64,000 bases of DNA from an uncultured bacterium (GTDB lineage Bacteria > Babelota > Babeliae > Babelales > Babelaceae). The stretch is taken from assembly GCA_963722385.1 (NCBI GenBank), contig CAVRKK010000002.1, positions 928,001-992,000 on the forward strand, in the 5' to 3' direction. Position numbers and translations under genes: made by a program. Under the pieces are notes generated by a model. The model made no database searches. It was not told where the DNA came from and saw nothing but the letters and a program-made list of their open reading frames with translations. Each line of letters starts with the position of its first letter. The stretch's first letter is position 1. Shown piece after piece: positions 53,795 to 62,392 of this stretch.

Positions 53795-55966
53795 ATCAGA
53801 TAAATTACTTTCTTTAGGTTCATCAGTAATTAAGTTATCATGAGTATTTACATTATTTGCCGCTAATATAACATTAATTGAAGTAGTCTCTGCTTGTTCT
53901 ATGTTTGATTCTTCAAGTTCATCGCCCTCTTTTGGGAGGGCTTCTTTATGAACACTGCGTATTTCAGGCGTGGATGCTCTAGGTAGATCCTGATGGTGAA
54001 TCAGCGATTCTTCCTGCTCGCTTCTGCTTTCTATATCTGCTTGTTCTTCATTAATGACTGGCGTATCAGAACTTGAAGCTGCAGCTCTGTTGTACTCCTG
54101 GAAATTGCCAATAGATTCGGTAAGCCATGTAATAATATAATCATGACCATTGCGGTGAGCTATGCTAGCAGCTGTTTGACCATCAGTAGTTTGTGCGTTA
54201 ATATTTGCTCCATGATCGACAAGCCACCGAATGGCACTTAATTGCTCTGTGTGAGCAGCCCAATGTATTGGCTGTTGGCCATCATTATCTTGAGAATCAA
54301 TATGAGCACCCAGATCGACAAGCAGCTGTAATATAAGCGGATTGCCTCCTTCTGCAGCAAGATGTATGGGCTCAATTCCTCGATTTGTCCGAGCATTAAT
54401 TGAGGCTCCCCGTTCAATGAGCAATTGTACTATGAAGAGATTTCCAGAACGCGATGCCAAGTGGAGAAGCTCAATATCACCATGAGCCCGAGCACGTATC
54501 TTTGCGCCCCATGCCACAAGCAGCTCCACCATCTCGAGGCTCCCTCCGCGAGCAGTCCAGTGGATAACCTGTTGGCCATATTCATCAGGGGCGTGAATAT
54601 CTGCGCCATTCTCAAGTAACCATTTTGCAATTTCTAAAAAGCCATAATGCGCTGCTATATGTAATGGCTGTGCCCCTTCAGCATCGCGTGAATGTATGGA
54701 AGCCCCATGTTCGATGAGCCATTGAATAGTTTCTTGGTGCCCACCATGGGTAGCGCAATGGATCGCCTCGTTGCCAAGAGTATCCGACAAATCGATGGGT
54801 ATGCCATTTTCAATCAACCGTTGTAAAATATCCATCCTACCATGTTTTGCGGCCCATAAAGAGTTTCTTCGGTGATTATCCCGAACCGCGATACCACTTT
54901 CTTGGGCAAAATCTCTTTCTCGTTGAGCATTGCCGAGCGTACTATTCTCTTGGTTTTTCTCGGTATTGCTCATTTGTGCTTGCGCTGCGATAGACTTTAG
55001 AGTGGCTTGTTTATTTTCATCGCGCGCGTCGAGATGAGCACCCTTTTGGATAAGCCATCTGACAATATGAGCATGCTTCCTAAGTGCAGCAACACGAATG
55101 GGTTGATTATGAGCTCCATCGCGTGCATTGATATCTGCACTGTGCTCAACAAGCCATATAAGCGCACCAAGCAGTCCATTATGACAAACATGATGAATCG
55201 GCTGGTTGTTGTGACGTCACGATGATTAATATCTGCGCCTTGGTTACGAAGCATCTGTGCTTGAGCCAAATCATTGACGAGCAACGCATTGAGGAATTTT
55301 TGGTCTAGCTCTTCTTGAGTTGGTGAACTTGATGCCTGCTGCTGATTACTGTCCGATGGGCTTACTAGTTCTCCTCGAGGAGCCTGATCAAGGTGCTCAA
55401 CAGTTAAAAAATCTGGGCCAGATAAAACGAGGAATTCAAAATCTTCAGCTAAACCATCTAATGCGATGGTATTCACAACATTACCTCTTGTATGAGCTTC
55501 TAAAGCAATCTGGGGATGGGCGACCGCTCCTGCAGAGGTCAAAGCTTGAATGATCTCTTGCGACCCTGCTTGTATTGCTAGATCTAAAGGCAGATGCCCA
55601 TTGGCATCTGCTATTGGTGCATTTACGTTAGCACCGGCGGCTATAAGAACATTGATAACCGCAGGATCGCCACGAGTTACAGCATGATGAATGGGCTGCC
55701 AACCTTGATTATCTTTGATAGCTAAATTAAGTTGCCTGATCAATTGTCGGTAATCGAGAAAGTTCTTCAAGGCGGTAACATGGCCACATTTGATGTGTTT
55801 GAACAGCTTATGGCCTTTAGGTTTTGGTGGCTCCATACAATAAGCAGGTGCTATGGTAAGTAAGGTAGTTGCTAGAATAATAATTTGAAGGTTCTTTAAC
55901 ATTCTTGTCTCCGTAAACGGGCATGCTTAAGGTTTGCCGTCAAGCATACCAACGTTTTCTGAGAAA

Positions 55967-56914
55967 TCAATGCAGAGGGACTCTTTTTCCAGTTGCCTCA
56001 TACACGAAACCTATTTCGTTCAAAATTATGCCCGGCTTTAATTTGCCACCTGGTCCGACCACAGCCGGCTTAATAAATAGCCAGGAAGTTCTATGGCCAT
56101 TTTTGAAAATAAAAGTGGGAAGGCCACCCCCGCCAGCGCGAATGTGAATCCCATGCTTATTTATAATTTTTACCAAATCGTTATCGAGGATAAACTTCTT
56201 GAAGTCTGGAAATCGAGGAAAGAATTTTGATGACCTGATATCAATAACCTCAACCTCATTATAAATGATGAGCTCTTCTGATAATTTTTGGCTGTCGACA
56301 TGAGCAATGGCAGAGTCAGTTGACTCGACTATTGATGAAAATGCTGCTTGTGCGTCATTAAGCTGTTTTACCGGCTGAGCAATCGGAGGTATTGGGGCAG
56401 AAATTGATCCCGAATTTGTAAGTACCTCTAAAGCTCTTTGACGGTTGAGCTTGCGAGCTAAGTCTCTTGGCTGTTCCCCATAATTGTTTTTGGCAGCGAG
56501 ATCAGCACCCTTGCTTTGAAGCCATTTGATGGCTTCTTCGTTCTGCAGGATAACGGCAAGGTGAAGGGCGCGGTCACCGTAAAAATCCTGAGCATCAATA
56601 TGAGCGCCACGATCAAGGAGCAATTGAGCTCTTACGAGATTGCCCTCGTAGATAGCTTCAAGAAACTCTTGGTTTAACTGATATTGGGTGTCGCCCGCTA
56701 TCTTTTGATAGACAGCCCACAAAAGCCATTCGATATGGTTGCGTGGAACTTGAATGCCAAGACCCGCCACATTGGCGCTAATGGCTTTATCTTTCACCTC
56801 AAGCTTGAAGAGCTTTTTGTACCATATTTTATAAAAAGGCTCGTTATTGTCATCACCTCTAAGTGATTGACCATTTATTGCTGCACATAAAAATATTATT
56901 GCCAATATGCGCAT
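55967..56914 (-). CDS. Secreted ankyrin protein with unknown C-terminal domain
   Basis: MRILAIIFLCAA signal; LLLDRGAHIDAQDFYGDRALHLA; C-terminal ~100 aa not recognised. Confidence 0.85.
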   Translation of the reverse strand: MRILAIIFLCAAINGQSLRGDDNNEPFYKIWYKKLFKLEVKDKAISANVAGLGIQVPRNHIEWLLWAVYQKIAGDTQYQLNQEFLEAIYEGNLVRAQLLLDRGAHIDAQDFYGDRALHLAVILQNEEAIKWLQSKGADLAAKNNYGEQPRDLARKLNRQRALEVLTNSGSISAPIPPIAQPVKQLNDAQAAFSSIVESTDSAIAHVDSQKLSEELIIYNEVEVIDIRSSKFFPRFPDFKKFILDNDLVKIINKHGIHIRAGGGGLPTFIFKNGHRTSWLFIKPAVVGPGGKLKPGIILNEIGFVYEATGKRVPLH

Positions 56915-56945
56915 TGTTTTTATACCTCTTGTAAATATTTTTAAA

Positions 56946-57446
56946 CTATTCGTTGCCGAGCAAATGATTTTCTTGAAGCGCCTGGATAAGAATAGGGTCA
57001 TTAGAGGCTATGTCGATAGGACGTTGGCCTAGATCATCATGTGCTTCGGCATCGGCTCCATATCTCATGAGCAGCTTGATAAGACCTGCCTGTTTTTGAG
57101 CTACCGCCCAGTGAAGTGGCCGTAATCCAGCCATGCCACGTGCATTACTATCAGCACCATATTCTAAAGCCAGTCGAGCACGTTTGTAGTCACATGAGCG
57201 GATGGCATCAAAAAGATTTTGGTCACGTTGAGCCCAAGCTTGATAGAACGGGTAGATATAATAGCCAAAACCGGCAAGAGTACCAATAACGGTAGCCGAG
57301 ATAAACATTATTTTTTTGTTGCTTATCTGAGCGCCATGTGCTGGTTGGTGTTGAGCGCCTTGCGAGGTTAAGAATCCAGCGAACAGAAAGGATATAAAAG
57401 CTGTTTTGATAGTTGGTAAAATAAAAATTTGAAGCCCCTTTAATAT
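56946..57446 (-). CDS. Small ankyrin protein; homologous start codon is ATA
   Basis: ORF 56946-57308 extends in frame to ATA-TTA-AAG (ILKGLQIFILPT), matching MLKILQILILAT of the paralogs; GLRPLHWA repeat. Confidence 0.7.
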   Translation of the reverse strand: MLKGLQIFILPTIKTAFISFLFAGFLTSQGAQHQPAHGAQISNKKIMFISATVIGTLAGFGYYIYPFYQAWAQRDQNLFDAIRSCDYKRARLALEYGADSNARGMAGLRPLHWAVAQKQAGLIKLLMRYGADAEAHDDLGQRPIDIASNDPILIQALQENHLLGNE

Positions 57447-57488
57447 TTTTGTCTCTCTAATGCCCGAGTTTAGTTACTATTGACAGAA

Positions 57489-57517
57489 AGCATAGCAATG
57501 TTTGCGAGGAGCATCAA
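57489..57517 (-). promoter_or_regulatory. Putative sigma70 promoter (copy of ankyrin leader)
   Basis: Minus strand TTGATG-17 nt-TATGCT; shares ATTGCTATGCTTTCTG with the 51701-51716 region. Confidence 0.6.
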
Positions 57518-57530
57518 TCTCTTTTTTTAT

Positions 57531-59189
57531 TTAAAAAGTTTGGGTGAGTGCTACCCAGAAAAGGCCAGCGCCTGGCTCTAAAACGTTAGCGTGAGACCCT
57601 GAAGCGAATGCCTTGGAATAACCGATGTTCAATGATCCTGGAGACTCGCGCAGCGTGAAATCGTACCGATAATAAGCATAGAGTTTATGCTGTACAGCTG
57701 GCTGCTGTAGATGATGAAGCCTTAGTCGCATAGTATGGTCTCGGGGAGAGGTGAGCTCAAAAAGAAAATCTTCCGCTTCATAATGCTGCGCTATATTGAA
57801 CGTAGGATTATAGCCAAATTCAATGTGGTGCTGGTTGTTATCGCCAAGTTGATTATCAAGACCGAGGAGTATATCGATGAAGCTTCCAGGATGTGATGTG
57901 AGGCTGTTATCGGATATAAAGTGCCCATCTTGTTTACGTGAGTTTATTTTAATAGTGTTGTTGAAAAAATGTAACCAGCGCACGTTGGTTATTAAGTCAT
58001 GATTCGTACAATCAGTTTGTTTAAGATTCGTAGATGTATAGCATTCTAGGCCTGCAACCAAATGGGGCAAATCAACGAGAGGCTCTTTTTTCGTCAATTC
58101 TTGTTCTAGCTCTTTTCTAATGCGGTTAAATGAGCCACCAACCAGCCCTCTTAGGGTAAAAGTAACGGGCCCCCATTGTTGGCATCTTCCTACTGCTATC
58201 AAAAAATCTCTAAAATCGAACGAAGAATAGGATAATTTAAGTCGACGGTCCTCAAAGAAATTTACCTGAATGCTTGATAGAAGGCTCATAACATCAATCT
58301 GCCAAGGTCCGAGACCAAGATATGACCGAAAGATAACGCCGGCCTCAAATTTATTGAGCCGTTTACCAAATGCGGTTTGGTTGGCTTGAATAAAGGGGAT
58401 ATAAGAACCAACAAATTGAACCCATTGGTCTTCACGTAGGTTTGGTATCAACGCTTGCTCGAGTCCTAGGTTATAGATAGGTGAATCAATAGTTCGAGAT
58501 AGAATAAAGCAGTCAACGAGGTCCTCAGCGCGTGGCGAATGAAAGCTCGATGATTTTCTCTCAAAGAAATCGTCGCTAAAATCGTCAAAGAAATCATCGT
58601 CTTGAAAAGATTCCGACGATGATTTCTTTTCATCATTCGCTTCGCCGCGGTTCGCATCTGTTTTGGCTGTGTACCAATCCGATGTTTTTTGATTCTCAGA
58701 AGTTTTAGGTGGCTCACAAGAACAATAAAGCTCTTCGAATAGTGAATCTTCGAGACACGTGCCCGGCCATTTGGTAGCAAAACAGGTGCAGGTTTGGTTT
58801 TTAGAAGTGCAGCCATCACGTTTTGCCTGCTCCCTCATCAAGTTTTTAATTTTGTAAATCTGCTCATAAATCTCTTCATAGAGGTCTTTTTGCGAATTCT
58901 CGGAATATTTATTATTGCTATAACTTGTGTACGTAAAATCTTCTTTTTTTGTTTCTTGTTTCACGCGTTGTTGATTTATTTCATCGCACGCATTATTAAT
59001 GTCGAGATAAGCTCTGAGGATTTTACCGTTGTTCTTGTCGGGGTGGTAGCGACCCCGCAGGGCCCGGCACCGCTTTTCAATTTCTTTAGACGTTGCATGG
59101 CGACCAATGCCTAAAAAGGTATAAGGGTCTGTCATGGTACGAGTATTGAATGTAAAAATGAAGCACAGCAGAAAAAATCTTTTGTTCAT
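57531..59189 (-). CDS. Signal peptide + DnaJ J-domain + putative beta-barrel (family member 3)
   Basis: DPYTFLGI..ATSKEIEKR.RAL..RYHPDKN..INNA; acidic linker; HIEFGYNPTF; ends FWVALTQTF. Confidence 0.75.
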   Translation of the reverse strand: MNKRFFLLCFIFTFNTRTMTDPYTFLGIGRHATSKEIEKRCRALRGRYHPDKNNGKILRAYLDINNACDEINQQRVKQETKKEDFTYTSYSNNKYSENSQKDLYEEIYEQIYKIKNLMREQAKRDGCTSKNQTCTCFATKWPGTCLEDSLFEELYCSCEPPKTSENQKTSDWYTAKTDANRGEANDEKKSSSESFQDDDFFDDFSDDFFERKSSSFHSPRAEDLVDCFILSRTIDSPIYNLGLEQALIPNLREDQWVQFVGSYIPFIQANQTAFGKRLNKFEAGVIFRSYLGLGPWQIDVMSLLSSIQVNFFEDRRLKLSYSSFDFRDFLIAVGRCQQWGPVTFTLRGLVGGSFNRIRKELEQELTKKEPLVDLPHLVAGLECYTSTNLKQTDCTNHDLITNVRWLHFFNNTIKINSRKQDGHFISDNSLTSHPGSFIDILLGLDNQLGDNNQHHIEFGYNPTFNIAQHYEAEDFLFELTSPRDHTMRLRLHHLQQPAVQHKLYAYYRYDFTLRESPGSLNIGYSKAFASGSHANVLEPGAGLFWVALTQTF

Positions 59190-59571
59190 AAAAAACCAGT
59201 TAAGTGTAAGAAATTTGATTTAATTATACATAAAGATAATAAAATTGGAAGGCCCCGATTTATGACAAAACTTAAAAAATAGAAAAAATATAATTTATAT
59301 TTGTTGCCGAAGATTGCCGCATTGGTAAAAGATTATATAAAAAACATGTTATTATTATTTATCAATCCTTTTATATTTTACATACATTGCACGTCAATTA
59401 CTCCATCTATTCTTTCTTAGAGCTGCTCTCAATCCCCTATCGCTATTTTTGGGCTTAAACTCGCCCTTGCTTTGTTCGCTCAATTGATATAATGTGGGCT
59501 CCGGGTAGTGGCAATTTTTGAGAATATTAGTTAAACATCTTGTACAAGATTTACTCATTCAAGGAAGATCT

Positions 59572-60501
59572 ATGAAGAAGAACACATTAAGAGCAAGAAT
59601 TTCTATGCTCCACCTGATGTTACTTATAATGGCATCACCATGCGCTGCCAATGCAAACACAGGCTATAATCTCTATGAGGACAGTTACCTAAGGGAACTC
59701 ATATGTGATCCTCGCGGACTTATAGCTGATGATCCAAATTATAGAGATTATCTAGCAAGACTTCTTGATAGTCAGGAGTGCGAGCAGCCGACAATATTTA
59801 CTAAATTAGAAATATGGTTAGGTAAAATATGTACACTTGATATATTTGCAAGGAGTAAGACCGGCAAGGAGCTTCTCCACTTTGCAGCAGAATGTAATCC
59901 TGGCATAATACCGCTGCTCCTTACCAAGGGCGCTCATGTTAACGTAAGTGATAATGATGGCAATCAGCCTCTTCATATTGCAGCACATCATAACCATGGG
60001 AAAGCATCAACAGACCTTATCTGTGCAGGAGCCGATGTAAAAGCCAAAAATGAGAGGGGCGATACACCGCTGCATATTGCAGTGCGTGATCTTGATAAGA
60101 GATCAGTAGTTTTAAAGCTTTTGCGATTCATCCTACAATATGACGGCTATAAAGAAGCAAAAGAAGTAATAATAAAGCAGCTTGTTCTTGCCGGCGCCTT
60201 TATGATGGCGGAGAACAGCAATGGAGAGACTCCAATTACTATAGTTAAGGACCAGGATTATCAAGATCTCGCCCAGTGGATGGAAAAAAATAAGACATGG
60301 CAAGAGACGGCGAAGCAAAAGATATGGCCTATAATCCTTACGGGCCTTGGGAGCTTAGCACCCTTTCTCGGGCGCCACCTCATCGAGGACCTAATTTGCC
60401 CTCAACCCAAAAAGTCTTTCTTATGTTCAATTTCTGGCTGGAGTTGCCCGCTAGAATCATCATTAGCTTGCAAAGTTTTGAAGCCCTTAGTAGCCAAGTA
60501 A
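59572..60501 (+). CDS. Secreted ankyrin-repeat protein
   Basis: GNQPLHIAA, GDTPLHIAV, GETPI; signal-like N-terminus. Confidence 0.9.
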   Translation: MKKNTLRARISMLHLMLLIMASPCAANANTGYNLYEDSYLRELICDPRGLIADDPNYRDYLARLLDSQECEQPTIFTKLEIWLGKICTLDIFARSKTGKELLHFAAECNPGIIPLLLTKGAHVNVSDNDGNQPLHIAAHHNHGKASTDLICAGADVKAKNERGDTPLHIAVRDLDKRSVVLKLLRFILQYDGYKEAKEVIIKQLVLAGAFMMAENSNGETPITIVKDQDYQDLAQWMEKNKTWQETAKQKIWPIILTGLGSLAPFLGRHLIEDLICPQPKKSFLCSISGWSCPLESSLACKVLKPLVAK

Positions 60502-60983
60502 TCGCAGCTAAATCACCGCGTTAAACATGGCCAGAATGCCCCCCCACGAGTTGAAGATGATCATGAGCGAGGCAATACGCTAGAAGGCAAACTGGTCAGA
60601 AAGCTGCCCGGGCCAACATATATATCAGGGATAGCGGATCGCTTGGTTTTGCTTGAGCATCAAGAAGCATCGATTCAAGCGTATTTATATGTTTTATACC
60701 AATTCGGAATCAAAGGCTTCTTTGACAGCATCGAGTGAAGTAACTCTCTATTATGAAAATAGCGTCCACAAATATGTTCCCAGTTCTTATGATAATAGTG
60801 AAGTGTTTCTTGCATTGTATCCGGGGACAATAAGATTTCGTCCATCTGATCAAACTTATGCATTCGCATAATGTTAATATAGCGAGATTCTTTAAGTGAT
60901 GCACGAATATGGCATTATAGCTTTGTGCTGAGATCAAAATGCTCGGCATAGTGAGCATGGCCTAATGCATTACGCTATAAAAA

Positions 60984-61014
60984 GTCCTGGATCAGTTTTT
61001 TGCTGATCCAGGAC
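60984..61014 (-). terminator. Hairpin terminator
   Basis: GTCCTGGATCAG-TTTTTTG-CTGATCCAGGAC; T run follows on the minus strand, downstream of 61042-62097. Confidence 0.75.
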
Positions 61015-61041
61015 CTATCGAAGTGATGTACTTAAGAGAGA

Positions 61042-62097
61042 TTACTTACTAAAAAGTGCTTCAAAAAAGTCCAGAACCCATGGACGTGGTTCTTGCTTAT
61101 TCGAGTCTTCAAGATATTCTTTAGTATCTTCATCCAATGCAAGCTTCAAAGACGCTTTTTCACTGCTTGCGCCTAAATGAATCTGAGCGTGTTGCTTAGC
61201 TTGATTGAGGGTCTTTTCAAGCATGCTTTTGAGTAGCTTGAGGTCCGTTGATTCTCCATATGCCCAGCGCACCATTCCTTGCAGATAACCTTCTGAATGT
61301 TCATACGCTTGGCATTTCCTTATAAGGTAATAGAGAAGCGAATGAGTCGGCGTCGTATAGCCGTGTTCGCCTTGTCCGTCGGCGATCGAAAAGAAGCCTG
61401 GAGAGATTGTATCATGCTCCAGTGCCGCTAAAAGTTCATCAAGTGCGTCACGGGCTTGTTGTACTGAAACTTCTTGATCATCCGAAAAGTACCTTCTCAA
61501 GATCTGAATAGCAGTATCCCTATCTTGCCTGATCTGCAGTTCGCTTGAAAGAGCAGCGTAAAAGCGAGCGGGAGCATGATCGAGAGGGGCAGGAGCTAAA
61601 TCCTGCTGGCCTGTCTGTGGAGGCATAGGTTGTTGATTCCATTGGGTCGGCGCACTGGGGCTCTGATACGTAGGGTAGTTCTGATTATTAGTTTGCGGTT
61701 CCCAAGGTGTAGCAGGAGTTTGCTGGCTGAAATAAGGGCTACCTTGGCCATACCCCTGCCCATAGGTATTCTGACCTTGGTATTGCAGTTGGCCTGTTTG
61801 TGGAGGCATAGCTTGTTGATTCCATTGGCTCGGCGTAGTGAAGCCCTGATAGGGAGGATAATTCTGACTGCCAGTTGGCGGTGGTCCCCAGTGGGGAGCG
61901 GGGGGCTGTAGGCCAGGGTAAGGGCTTACATTTTGCCCTTGCTGAAAGTATCTTTGCCCATAGGTATTCTGTAAACTTTGGTCAGGATGTTGCCAACCTC
62001 CTCCGTAATACGGATCTCCCATGCCGTAAGCATTGAAGGCTCCGTTAAGGCTCGCCAGAGCCAAAGCGGCAAGAAGGGCGTTAACGCGTAAAAACAT
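61042..62097 (-). CDS. Secreted protein with Q/P/G/Y-rich duplicated low-complexity region
   Basis: Signal peptide ...AYG-MG; two copies of QNTYGQ...QNYP.YQ...QWNQQ.MPPQTGQ; helical C-domain. Confidence 0.8.
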   Translation of the reverse strand: MFLRVNALLAALALASLNGAFNAYGMGDPYYGGGWQHPDQSLQNTYGQRYFQQGQNVSPYPGLQPPAPHWGPPPTGSQNYPPYQGFTTPSQWNQQAMPPQTGQLQYQGQNTYGQGYGQGSPYFSQQTPATPWEPQTNNQNYPTYQSPSAPTQWNQQPMPPQTGQQDLAPAPLDHAPARFYAALSSELQIRQDRDTAIQILRRYFSDDQEVSVQQARDALDELLAALEHDTISPGFFSIADGQGEHGYTTPTHSLLYYLIRKCQAYEHSEGYLQGMVRWAYGESTDLKLLKSMLEKTLNQAKQHAQIHLGASSEKASLKLALDEDTKEYLEDSNKQEPRPWVLDFFEALFSK

Positions 62098-62392
62098 ATA
62101 ATGCTCCTATAAAATATAATCAAGTATCATGCTCTAAGAGTAAACGATTTTTTTCACTTTGTCACTATATATCAACAATAATACTATTTTATGGCATTTG
62201 TGGTTTTGTAAACAAAATCGACCCCTTGAGATTTCCGCAAAGCAGAAATTCAGATTATTTTTCTCGATTTTTATCGAATTAAAGAAATTTGATTGATTAC
62301 AAAATTCATGTTATTGTTCCTCAAGATAATAAAGAAATCCTGAAAATTTTGGTATTGTAATATTTTTTGATAAAAGTTAATCGGAGAGAAAA

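Larger units (their letters stand above)
52284..55902 (-). pseudogene. Ankyrin-repeat paralog of 49249-51663, frameshifted and IS-interrupted
   Basis: Highly similar to the neighbour. A 1-nt deletion near 55214 splits ORFs 54997-55902 and 53777-54973; the frame ESNLSD resumes as LSDPGKEN beyond ISAs1. 3' end uncertain. Confidence 0.9.

Noticed and set aside
49249..55902. Diversity-generating retroelement (TR/VR pair) among the ankyrin duplicates
   Set aside because: Differences are not adenine-specific, span whole genes, and no reverse transcriptase is present.
60540..60958. Short overlapping ORFs between the ankyrin and Q-rich genes
   Set aside because: No recognisable motif, RBS or consistent frame; possibly a decayed gene but unsupported.
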